The position numbers and the translations under genes are program-made. This document shows positions 10,849 to 18,593 of a stretch of 64,000 bases of DNA, one piece after another (the stretch's first letter is position 1; the number at the start of each line of letters is the position of its first letter). The notes under the pieces are model-generated. The model saw only the letters and a list, made by a program, of their open reading frames with translations. It was not told where the DNA came from and did not search any database. The DNA is from an uncultured Candidatus Saccharibacteria bacterium (GTDB lineage Bacteria; Patescibacteriota; Saccharimonadia; Saccharimonadales; Saccharimonadaceae), in NCBI GenBank assembly GCA_963747455.1, contig CAVVEW010000001.1, forward strand, positions 32,005-96,004, read 5' to 3'.

Positions 10849-11331
10849 TTACTGAACCATAATCTTCTTAGCTTGTTCTTGCTTGACCTTGTTGAAGGTG
10901 ATAGTAAGCACGCCGTCTTTTAGTACTGCTGCTACTTCTTCTTCCCTGACTTGAACTGGAAGTGCGAGGGTACGGTTGAATTCACCCCAGTAACACTCCT
11001 GTACATGCCAGTTTGTCGCATCTGAATCGTCACCACTACTTAGTGTGCCGCTAATAGATAGAATGCCATCAGAAATACTGACATCTAGATCTTCTTTGTT
11101 TACACCTGCGGTGCGTGCTTTTACGATTAATTGTTCGTCGGTTTCGTAGACGTCGACAGCGAGTTGACCGGGAAAATCATCTTGTTCTTGTTCCCAATCT
11201 TGTGAGTCATCCTGTGTCGGAGCCGCTTGTTGAGCAGGTTCAGCCACTGGGGTCGTCGTCGTGTCGTCGTCAAGAAAAGCTGCTGCCAGCTCGTCCTCGA
11301 TCAATAAATCGTCATTTTGCTTCCGGGCCAT
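10849..11331 (-). CDS. Hsp20/alpha-crystallin family small heat-shock protein
   Basis: ATG 11331 six nt after GGAGGA (the ORF-track start at 11343 is an upstream GTG). Acidic N-terminus, then an alpha-crystallin-type domain FPGQLAVDVYETDEQLIVKARTAGVNKEDLDVSISDGILSISG...LKDGVLTITF. Promoter TTGATT-17-TATAAT lies upstream. Confidence 0.8.
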   Translation of the reverse strand: MARKQNDDLLIEDELAAAFLDDDTTTTPVAEPAQQAAPTQDDSQDWEQEQDDFPGQLAVDVYETDEQLIVKARTAGVNKEDLDVSISDGILSISGTLSSGDDSDATNWHVQECYWGEFNRTLALPVQVREEEVAAVLKDGVLTITFNKVKQEQAKKIMVQ

Positions 11332-11441
11332 GATATCCTCCACTTTTCTCTAGGCTCTAATTTGACGTCTAGTCTAAAACAAATTATAACCAGTATATAT
11401 ACTATAATCAAGAACTATCAGGGGTATACGTAAAAATAACA

Positions 11442-12113
11442 ATGATATCTGCTCTAAAAAACCTTATTTTACCCGACTACTGTTGCTCTTGCGGTGATAT
11501 TGGCGCAATTATATGTGAAAATTGTAAATATGACATCGTTTCTGATATTCCTCAGCTTTGCGTTGCCTGCCGAGTGCCGCAAAGTCGTGATGGTGTGTGT
11601 GGATCGTGCGCCCTCCCCTATACTCACTCCTGGTACGTCGGTGACCATCGAGGGGCGCTGGAGTCTCTTGTCGCTGTGAGTAAGTTTAATGCAAACCGCA
11701 GTGGATGCGACGCGCAAGCAGGGCTGATTAACCATATCCTGCCGAGTCTGCCAACTGGTACCGTGATTGTGCCAGTCCCAACGATAGCAAAACACATTCG
11801 ACAGCGAGGTTATGGGCATGCCGAACGCATCGCTAGGCAGCTCGCACGCCTCCGTGGGGTACAGTCGCGACGTGTCGTCGGTCGAAATGCACAGTTTGTT
11901 CAACACGGTGCCAATCGTACGACGCGTCAAAAACAAGCAAAAAGTTCGTACATACTGACAGAGAAGCTCGAGCCGAATGTGACGTATGTGATTGTCGATG
12001 ACGTGTTTACGACTGGCTTTACGACGCAGTATGTTGCGCAAACACTTCGTGATGGAGGCGCGAGTGATGTGTGGGTCGCAGTCACCTCTCGCCAGCCTAT
12101 CGACGAGAAGTGA
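11442..12113 (+). CDS. comF: ComF-family protein (phosphoribosyltransferase domain, ComFC-like)
   Basis: N-terminal Cys clusters (CCSCG..CENC..CVAC..CGSC) plus C-terminal PRTase motif YVIVDDVFTTGFT. Confidence 0.7.
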   Translation: MISALKNLILPDYCCSCGDIGAIICENCKYDIVSDIPQLCVACRVPQSRDGVCGSCALPYTHSWYVGDHRGALESLVAVSKFNANRSGCDAQAGLINHILPSLPTGTVIVPVPTIAKHIRQRGYGHAERIARQLARLRGVQSRRVVGRNAQFVQHGANRTTRQKQAKSSYILTEKLEPNVTYVIVDDVFTTGFTTQYVAQTLRDGGASDVWVAVTSRQPIDEK

Positions 12114-12151
12114 TAGATTTGCTATAATTCACCGAGTGTCACGCACTTTAT

Positions 12152-12239
12152 GGAGAGGTGACCGAGTGGTTTAAGGTACTTGTCTTGAAAACAAGCGTGG
12201 GGCAACTCACCGCGAGTTCGAATCTCGCCCTCTCCGCCA
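12152..12239 (+). tRNA. tRNA-Ser (anticodon TGA)
   Basis: GGAGAGG acceptor, anticodon stem-loop CTTGT-CTTGAAA-ACAAG, long variable arm, T-arm GCGAG-TTCGAAT-CTCGC, encoded CCA. TATAAT at 12123-12128. Confidence 0.9.
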
Positions 12240-12241
12240 AG

Positions 12242-12271
12242 AAAAATGCAGATCGTTTGGTCTGCATTTTT
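12242..12271 (+). terminator. terminator after tRNA-Ser(TGA)
   Basis: AAAAATGCAGA tcgtttgg TCTGCATTTTT. Confidence 0.65.
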
Positions 12272-12435
12272 CTTGCCCGCACTTCAACAAGTATAAACCC
12301 GGAAACCGCAGCACGAATGCTAACGATTTCCGGGGGTGGGTGTAGTGGAGCCGAGACGGGGCGCATATCTGCACGGCATCTGGCCTGACTTCACCTCACC
12401 TATCGTGGCTATCCACCACGCTATTCAAAAGTATA

Positions 12436-12831
12436 CTAGACGTTTGTTCCCGACGTGCTGCCAGGCGCAAAGCTACCGATTACAAAGTTGACGGCTGCGT
12501 AGGCTAGGATTGCGACCACGATACCGATGATTGCATACAAAATTGTATTTTTTGCCGCGGTAATCTGGTTTGAGTCACCACCCGAGAGAACGTAGCGCAT
12601 ACCACCGATGACAATCATGATGACGGCGATTGCTCCGATGATGAAGAGTAGAACATTGGTGATAGTTGAGAAGGTGCCATTTGCTCCGAAAAGTTCAACT
12701 GGTTGACCCTGGCCACGAGCTGCGTTTGCTCCATTTTGCACACCATCGACTGCATAGACGCCAGGAGCGAGGTAGAGTGAGGTTGCGGATATGACGGCGA
12801 GGCTGAGGACTGCTGATAATAGCGTTTTCAT
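12436..12831 (-). CDS. VirB2/TrbC-like T4SS pilin paralogue P7 (stand-alone copy)
   Basis: 131-aa ORF with a signal peptide ending PGVYA. Core LLFIIGAIAVIMIVIGGMRYVLSGGDSNQITAAKNTILYAIIGIVVAILAYAAVNFV. Protein is near-identical to P6 in the core, with many synonymous nucleotide differences. Confidence 0.7.
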   Translation of the reverse strand: MKTLLSAVLSLAVISATSLYLAPGVYAVDGVQNGANAARGQGQPVELFGANGTFSTITNVLLFIIGAIAVIMIVIGGMRYVLSGGDSNQITAAKNTILYAIIGIVVAILAYAAVNFVIGSFAPGSTSGTNV

Positions 12832-12981
12832 GATTTCACGACTCCTTTGGAATTATGCTTCGATTATTGCACAGAGCGGAGTCCGTGTCGAGGTCTGAAA
12901 CTGTTTTATCAGAGAGAGGAGTATGCTATACTTACTCGAGCCAGAGCCTGTAATAAGGCTCAAAAATTCATAATGGAGTGT

Positions 12982-13113
12982 CCAGGTGGCTGCTGCGTGA
13001 AACGTAAATAATCGACGGTTATTGTCCCGAAACGTTACGTACATGCAGGAGTTACGTGGAAACGAAACTTCACAATTTGGCTAAGCGCCCAGGTGGCTGC
13101 TGCGTGAAACGTA
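12982..13113 (+). repeat. two exact 25-nt direct repeats (107-bp period), resembling the tRNA-Ser(GCT) D-arm
   Basis: CCAGGTGGCTGCTGCGTGAAACGTA at 12982-13006 and 13089-13113. Compare tRNA CCCAAGTGGCTG at 13197-13208. The first copy is preceded by GGAGTGT, which looks like an acceptor stem. Confidence 0.6.
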
Positions 13114-13187
13114 CGTTATGAGACGGTTACCGTCCCCTGTGTACAAGTGTTTTGCAGAAGCCACAAGAAAGCGTTACCAAAACAATT

Positions 13188-13280
13188 GGAGGAGTACCCA
13201 AGTGGCTGAAGGGGACGGTTTGCTAAATCGTTAGTGTGGGGAGACCTGCAGCGGGAGTTCGAATCTCCCCTCCTCCGCCA
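13188..13280 (+). tRNA. tRNA-Ser (anticodon GCT)
   Basis: GGAGGAG acceptor, anticodon loop TTGCTAA, long variable arm, T-arm GGGAG-TTCGAAT-CTCCC, encoded CCA. Confidence 0.9.
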
Positions 13281-13321
13281 AATAAAATAGAGTAGTGCGG
13301 CTGCACTACTCTATTTTATTT
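13281..13321 (+). terminator. 19-bp perfect hairpin after tRNA-Ser(GCT)
   Basis: AAATAAAATAGAGTAGTGC ggct GCACTACTCTATTTTATTT (13280-13321). Confidence 0.6.
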
Positions 13322-13330
13322 GCTTCGGAA

Positions 13331-13427
13331 GTTCGGCGAAGCGCGGTGCAGAAACAAAAGCAGCGTTAGCTATTTTTGTTTCAAGCAAGCGGAGGAGCGA
13401 GCAAAGTGAGCGATATCTCCCCTCCTC
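13331..13427 (+). repeat. tRNA-linked repeat E1: pseudo 3'-half of tRNA-Ser(GCT) split in the T-loop
   Basis: GTTCG + 79-nt insert (GCGAAGCGCGGTGCAG...CAAGCAAGCGGAGGAGCGAGCAAAGTGAGCGAT) + ATCTCCCCTCCTC. The last 13 nt repeat tRNA positions 13263-13275. Confidence 0.6.
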
Positions 13428-13449
13428 TCGAATCTGCTATGATTGAACT

Positions 13450-13815
13450 ATGAACATCTACGTTTCTCACTCTAGTGGCTATGACTATGCAACAGAGCTC
13501 TACAAACCTCTAAAAGATACACTGGCTCATGAGCACACGGTATATTTTCCCCATGATCCCGGCAATGATGGCAGCAAATCTAAGGAAATTTTGCTACAGA
13601 GCGATGTATTGCTGGCTGAAGTTTCCTACCCGTCCACGGGCCAAGGTATCGAGCTGGGGTGGGCCGACGATTCACATATGACGATCATAGTTTTTTACCG
13701 ATCTGACGCCACTCCTTCTAGCTCGATAGCACATATCGCAAGCAAGTCGTTCGCGTACGGCACCACAGAGCAGATGGTTGAGCGGCTGACCGAGGCAATC
13801 CTTTCGCTCAAATAA
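13450..13815 (+). CDS. nucleoside 2-deoxyribosyltransferase-like family protein
   Basis: 121 aa. Pattern IYVSHSS...DVLLAEVSYPSTGQGIELGWA resembles the Rossmann-like fold signature (AE.s.pS.G.G.ELG.A) of the nucleoside deoxyribosyltransferase-like superfamily. -10 TATGAT lies 6 nt before the ATG. Confidence 0.4.
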   Translation: MNIYVSHSSGYDYATELYKPLKDTLAHEHTVYFPHDPGNDGSKSKEILLQSDVLLAEVSYPSTGQGIELGWADDSHMTIIVFYRSDATPSSSIAHIASKSFAYGTTEQMVERLTEAILSLK

Positions 13816-13839
13816 TCCTTCTCATGCTATAATTATTTC

Positions 13840-14671
13840 ATGCAGCCGCAAGAGCAAAATCCTGGTGAGCAACCGCAGCCACAGCCATCCGCTGACTGGC
13901 AGCAGCCGACAGCCCCTGTTGCACCAGAGGCAGCTCTGCCGGCCCCTCAAGCTGTGCCCGTTCAAACTCCCGTGACTCCTCCCCAGCCGCAACCTGTCCA
14001 ACCTGCAGCACCTCAAGTCGTGCCGACGCCTGAGCAGCTTAGTGCCCCAGCTCCAGAGCTTCCCGTGCAGGCAACTCCAGTCGCACAGCCTGTCGCGGCT
14101 CCCGAGCCTGCCGCTACGCAAGCGTTACCAGAACAAGATCAAGGACTTGAGCAGGTATATCAAGCAGATGAAACAGCTGAAGCAACTGACGAAGGTGAAT
14201 ATACTGGCGACGAGGAACTCGTGCGCTGGCAAGCTACCGAGCATATCCACCGCGAAAAAACCGCCATATGGTATGGAATTTTCGGCGTAGTTGTCCTCGT
14301 GCTCATCGCACTGGCTATCTTTTTGGTAAAATCATGGACATTTGCCGTCCTCGTCCCTGTCATGGCAGCAGCACTCATCATCTATGCACGTCGCCCACCA
14401 GCCGTACTCGACTACACTCTCAGCCGAAAAGGCCTGCACGTCAATGATCGCCTGTATGAATTTGAACTTTTCAAAGAATTTGGACTTGGTACACGATGAC
14501 GACGAGAACGCAGTGTCTTTGGTGCCGCGTAAACGATTCCAACCGAGCCTAACCGTCTACTTCCCCGACGAAGTCGGTGAAGCGGTCGTCGATATGTTTG
14601 CCGCGCGCCTGCCTATGCATGAAGTTCGGCTTGATCCTATCGATCGCTTGATTCGCCGCCTCCATATCTAA
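13840..14671 (+). CDS. membrane protein with P/Q-rich N-terminus (frameshifted near 14490)
   Basis: ORF 13840-14499 (two TM helices WYGIFGVVVLVLIALAIFLV, FAVLVPVMAAALIIY) continues in ORF 14342-14671 (..VHDDDENAVSLVPRKRFQPSLTVYFPDEVGEAVVDMF..). TATAAT 13828-13833 lies 6 nt before the ATG. Confidence 0.45.
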
Positions 14672-14728
14672 TCTTGCAGCTCACCCCTGTTTGTGGTACA
14701 CTTACTCGAGTTGCGATACAACATTTAT

Positions 14729-14805
14729 GCACCCGTAGCTCAGCTGGATAGAGCATCGGCTTGCGGAGCCGAAGGCCATAGGTTCGAATCCTGTCGGGTG
14801 TACCA
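14729..14805 (+). tRNA. tRNA-Arg (anticodon GCG)
   Basis: GCACCCG acceptor, D-arm TAGCTCAGCTGGATAGAGC, anticodon stem-loop TCGGC-TTGCGGA-GCCGA, T-arm ATAGG-TTCGAAT-CCTGT, encoded CCA. Confidence 0.85.
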
Positions 14806-14874
14806 AGAAAAATGACTCATCAAAAGATGGGTCGTTTTTCTTGGTAGCATTCTGCAAGAATGCGAGAACCGTAA

Positions 14875-14971
14875 GGTTCGGCGAAGCGTAGTGCAGCGAG
14901 AAAAGCGCGAAGCATTTTTCGAGCAAGCAAGCGGAGAAGCGAGCAACGCGACCGCTATCCTGTCGGGTGTA
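14875..14971 (+). repeat. tRNA-linked repeat E2: pseudo 3'-half of tRNA-Arg split in the T-loop
   Basis: GGTTCG + 76-nt insert (GCGAAGCGTAGTGCAG...CAAGCAAGCGGAGAAGCGAGCAACGCGACCGCT) + ATCCTGTCGGGTGTA. The last 15 nt repeat tRNA positions 14788-14802. Confidence 0.6.
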
Positions 14972-15032
14972 AAAGAACATTTTAGTTCCACTATCATCAG
15001 CTATGGTCATTTGTACGTAAAAAGAGTGATAG

Positions 15033-15740
15033 CTAAAAATCCTCAGATTTATAGACGGTGTCATTTTCCGAGAACCACATTTGGCTACCTGTGAGCCTAT
15101 TCAGCATTTCTACACAAGAATCAAATCGCTTTTCCTGAGCAGCTAACTCATCAGTTGTCATCCACTGAGCTTTCGCGTATGGCCAGTGACTAGGTTCCTC
15201 ACCTTGCCATTCTGCTTCAAACACAACAAATAGCTTATCTTCGAGTATCGAGGTTGAGGAATTTGAGTAATCTCTTTGACGGTAAAAACCTTTCAGTGCT
15301 AGTCGAGCTGTTAGACCAGTTTGCTCACGCAAGCCACGAGACGCGGCCTCATCAAACGATTCCCCCCAACGCACTGGCTGACCAATTACACCCCAGTATC
15401 CATAATATGGCTGCCGTAGGCGTTGATGGAACAAGTACTCAATGTTTCCTGTATCTGAGTTGGTCCGCTTAACATACGTTGCTGTGGTCAGTTTTGGCTG
15501 ACGGATAGGAGCACGGTTTTCGTAGTCGAACCGATTCGCGAATTCTTTACCCTCGGGTGTTAATTCATATACCCCTTCGTCATTTTTCATCACCAAACCT
15601 AAGTTAACGAGCTTTCTCAAGTGAAATTTAAAATCGTCGCTTGTTAAATCAGTAACTGCCATCATCTCGGAAAACCGACGTGATGGATAGTGAGATAATT
15701 CCCTCAGTACGCTTACCTGTAATTTGTGTAATTCGTTCAC
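15033..15740 (-). CDS. winged-helix + NUDIX hydrolase domain protein
   Basis: The N-terminus LQVSVLRELSHYPSRRFSEMMAVTDLTSDDFKFHLRKLVNLGLV is wHTH-like. Nudix box GQPVRWGESFDEAASRGLREQTGL. GTG start 7 nt after TATAAT (15748-15753). Confidence 0.6.
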   Translation of the reverse strand: MNELHKLQVSVLRELSHYPSRRFSEMMAVTDLTSDDFKFHLRKLVNLGLVMKNDEGVYELTPEGKEFANRFDYENRAPIRQPKLTTATYVKRTNSDTGNIEYLFHQRLRQPYYGYWGVIGQPVRWGESFDEAASRGLREQTGLTARLALKGFYRQRDYSNSSTSILEDKLFVVFEAEWQGEEPSHWPYAKAQWMTTDELAAQEKRFDSCVEMLNRLTGSQMWFSENDTVYKSEDF

Positions 15741-15839
15741 AGTGCCTATTATATTGAAATCTCATTTTATAGCTACTTCGCTTCATAGGGTATATACGCA
15801 CCCTAGCGTGCTTGCATAGAAATAGGTACTATCGAGCGC

Positions 15840-16790
15840 ATGCGTTATATAGCAAATAGAATCTATAATGAATTCTCTGGTACCTCATATGGCCAGAGTT
15901 TGGCGGAATACCCAAGGTATGATCGGTTCATGCCGGAAGGTTGGCTCGTGGACCAATGGGGGCTACTCATGGGTGACGACATGAATAACTTGTACCATAT
16001 GAGAGAAACGATTGAAAACGCGTGCTGGTTAATTGAAAATGAAAACCAGATTCAACCAGGTACGTTCTCTTTTGAGGATGCAGTGAAACTCACAATCACT
16101 GCTGCCCTACACGATCAAGGCGAAGCGATTGTTGGAGATATTGAGTATGGACGCAAAACCGCCGATAAAGAAATGGCTGAACGTACCGCTTTACGAGACT
16201 ACGAATCTGTGTTTGTACCGGGATTGAGCGGACGAGCACTTGATATATATCGTATTGGCCGCGACGAAATTGCGTTTGGTGATAAAAACGAAAAATTGCC
16301 AGGGGCATTTACTACCATTGAACTTATAGGATTCATCAACAATACGTTGCGTGCTCTTCAGCAACTAAGACGGTTAAGCGGAGTAGATATGTCTGATCGA
16401 AAGCTGATGGCAATGGGAATCCGAAATGATTCTGATCGCCACACTGCAAGAGAGGTTCTTGAGCGTTTAGTCGCTGAAGTACTGGGTAGTGGAGTGCTCG
16501 AAATGTTAATACGTATGGCTAATCGCTATTCTGGAGCGAACCAGTACCTAAAGGCGCATTCGAGTGAGATAAGTTTAGGATTTAATCAAATAAGTCAAAA
16601 AGCGTTTGATTGGTACGAATCCGAAGATCCAGGCGCGGTTGAAGGCGAAAAAAGTAGTCGCATAGAAAAGTTCAATCGCCAAAAATTAATTTGGGAGCGA
16701 TGGTCAGATTCTGAAAATGTAGCCACAATTTCACGGCTAGGAGTTACTGCTACAACTGACGCCTTGTCAGAAATCGGTGATTCAATGTGA
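15840..16790 (+). CDS. HD-domain phosphohydrolase (YfbR/5'-deoxynucleotidase-like)
   Basis: 316 aa. AALHDQGEAIVGDI matches the HD...GD metal-binding signature of HD_3/YfbR-type enzymes. TACTAT lies 7 nt before the ATG. Confidence 0.5.
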   Translation: MRYIANRIYNEFSGTSYGQSLAEYPRYDRFMPEGWLVDQWGLLMGDDMNNLYHMRETIENACWLIENENQIQPGTFSFEDAVKLTITAALHDQGEAIVGDIEYGRKTADKEMAERTALRDYESVFVPGLSGRALDIYRIGRDEIAFGDKNEKLPGAFTTIELIGFINNTLRALQQLRRLSGVDMSDRKLMAMGIRNDSDRHTAREVLERLVAEVLGSGVLEMLIRMANRYSGANQYLKAHSSEISLGFNQISQKAFDWYESEDPGAVEGEKSSRIEKFNRQKLIWERWSDSENVATISRLGVTATTDALSEIGDSM

Positions 16791-16854
16791 TGCTTGCAAA
16801 TTAGGGTATTACATTACCCTATATTATGGCTACGACGTGTGTTTTAATGATGGT

Positions 16855-17775
16855 ATGAGTGAACAATTTCCTAGCACAAGCCCAATTGATGAACCAGTAG
16901 AGAGCTCTATAGACCATACGTCGTCGCATGAGCAGCTCGATTTGGAGGTACCTTTGCCAGAGGAGATACAGCGCCTGATGGATTTGATGCACGACCGTAA
17001 TCTTGAGCATCTCCCTACTATGGAGCATCGTACAAATCACTTATTCTTGGGGCACGCGGGAATCGGAGGTTTACTGACCCAACCAAAATTTGACCAGGAC
17101 CCAGAAAGGCGCAAAGAGCTCCTTAGGATTGACGTTGCAAAAACCTACCTTCGCATACTGACATTGGCTGAAGCACTGGGCACTCCCGATGAATTTACTG
17201 CTAAGTTTGTAGAGCAATACGAAAAATGTCATAGATGCGGTCAAAACCCATGCGTCTGCAACCCCAGTGAGGCCGGTTTTGAAAGTGAGCAACCTACTGC
17301 AACTGAGATACATGCAGGATCAAGCCTTTCTGAATGGCAGGCACACCTCAAAAGGTTGTACGGGGGCAATAATGCACTACGCGACCTAGAGTGGATGGGC
17401 TTAAAGCTTGGCGCCGAGCTGGGTGAATCAATCACAGAGGTAACGCGAATGCAGAAAGCCATTCAGGCTGGCGGTAGCCCGGAGCAAGTAGAAGAATATC
17501 GACAGAGAGCTCTCGAAGAGCTAGCTCAAGTCACCGCATGGCTCCTTGGCATATGTGTTCACCCTGACGCGCGTCTTAACAATCAGGAAATAAATCTTGA
17601 ACAAATCCTGGTAGATTTATACGGCGATGGCTGCCCTAACTGTGGTCAGATGCCGTGCCAATGCGGACCATTCGGACTCGAGGAAACCCGCAAAGATGAG
17701 ACAGCGCCAGTATTACTAGAAATACTTAGGATGAAAGATGAGCAACGAGCTTCGGCACAAAGTGTTGATGCATGA
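16855..17775 (+). CDS. tandem MazG-like (all-alpha NTP pyrophosphohydrolase-like) protein with two CxxCGQxPCxC knuckles
   Basis: Start taken at MSEQFPSTSP (ATG 16855). Two helical modules (..RIDVAKTYLRILTLAEALG.. and ..LGAELGESITEV..EELAQVTAWLLGI..) end in KCHRCGQNPCVC and GCPNCGQMPCQC respectively. Confidence 0.35.
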   Translation: MSEQFPSTSPIDEPVESSIDHTSSHEQLDLEVPLPEEIQRLMDLMHDRNLEHLPTMEHRTNHLFLGHAGIGGLLTQPKFDQDPERRKELLRIDVAKTYLRILTLAEALGTPDEFTAKFVEQYEKCHRCGQNPCVCNPSEAGFESEQPTATEIHAGSSLSEWQAHLKRLYGGNNALRDLEWMGLKLGAELGESITEVTRMQKAIQAGGSPEQVEEYRQRALEELAQVTAWLLGICVHPDARLNNQEINLEQILVDLYGDGCPNCGQMPCQCGPFGLEETRKDETAPVLLEILRMKDEQRASAQSVDA

Positions 17776-17850
17776 AATCCGGTGAGCAGCCGAAGAAACT
17801 TAATGCCCGCATTGAGTACATTGGAAAAGCAACTATTCTTCGATGAGATT

Positions 17851-17887
17851 AGCGCCATCCTGTCGGGAAAACAAGCGGAGGAGCGAG
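17851..17887 (+). repeat. orphan fragment of the tRNA-linked repeat (tRNA-Arg 3'-end copy plus repeat core)
   Basis: AGCGCC-ATCCTGTCGGG (17857-17867 repeats the tRNA-Arg 3' segment), then AAAA-CAAGCGGAGGAGCGAG (17872-17887, identical to 13386-13401). Confidence 0.55.
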
Positions 17888-17928
17888 TCTGGATAAAGCG
17901 CCTTTCTATGAAATGATATACTCAGCAT

Positions 17929-18235
17929 ATGATCAAATCCCATGCCTCCCCTGACTACATATGCCCAATCTGCGTAGGTTTGCGCGAAGAAAATAAACGA
18001 CAATACACTTATTCGACCGAGCGATATCGTGTATCGCGATGAACGCGTGACTGTACTTATCAATTCATTCTTTATGGGCAAGAATGCCGGTCATGTCATC
18101 ATCGTTCCAAATGAACATATCGAAACCGAGCCGTCATACGAGGCTGTAATGACATCTATGAACTCCCCGAAGAGCATGACACCATATCTGAACTGGAATG
18201 CCGCAAAGCAAATGCGCACTAGTGCAGGCGATTAG
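17929..18235 (+). pseudogene. HIT-family-like gene, disrupted (several frame changes; 3' end uncertain)
   Basis: ATG 17929 gives MIKSHASPDYICPICVGLREENK. A shifted frame gives ..LIRPSDIVYRDERVTVLINSFFMGKNAGHVIIVPNEHIE (ORF 18029-18235). No intact HxHxH motif was found downstream in any frame. Confidence 0.35.
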
Positions 18236-18593
18236 GACAGCGTACGAATGCAGACGGCATCACTCAAGCCGAGATAATGAGGCCAGAAAACTGGTCGATC
18301 ACAGCATACCTTTTATTTTCAACCTTGCAGCGTGATCAGACAGTTCAACTACTCAAAAAATCGTTCGACGATGGATCACATCACTCCGAGCTTAGTCTAT
18401 AAAAGCGCCTGGCCCCACGAGAGCGGCAGCTATATCCGAGAAGCTAGCACAGCCGTTCTACGAGACTTGTTCTAGGTTCAACTGCTACGAATCATACACT
18501 ATTCGGAGTAAAACAGTGGGTAATAATTGTTGTTGTATTTCCTTGACAGCCAGGCGTACAATAACACTAGCAGCTGAACATAAAGGAGGATGT

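Noticed and set aside
12148-12388. ORFs 12148-12366 (-) and 12158-12388 (+)
   Set aside because: They overlap tRNA-Ser(TGA) and its terminator. There is no RBS and the composition is not protein-like.
12272-12435. Possible SRP (4.5S) RNA
   Set aside because: GUCAGG-like strings are present on the minus strand. However, the conserved GGAA tetraloop and AGCA/GGCA symmetric-loop motifs and the long 5'/3' pairing are absent. The region is kept only as an unassigned structured region.
12982-13113. CRISPR array
   Set aside because: There are only two 25-nt repeats with a 107-bp period, and the sequence is tRNA-like. No further repeats or cas genes occur anywhere in the window.
14702-15094. ORFs 14702-15064 (-), 14740-14997 (-) and 14891-15094 (+)
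   Set aside because: They run through tRNA-Arg and the E2 repeat and are explained by those elements.
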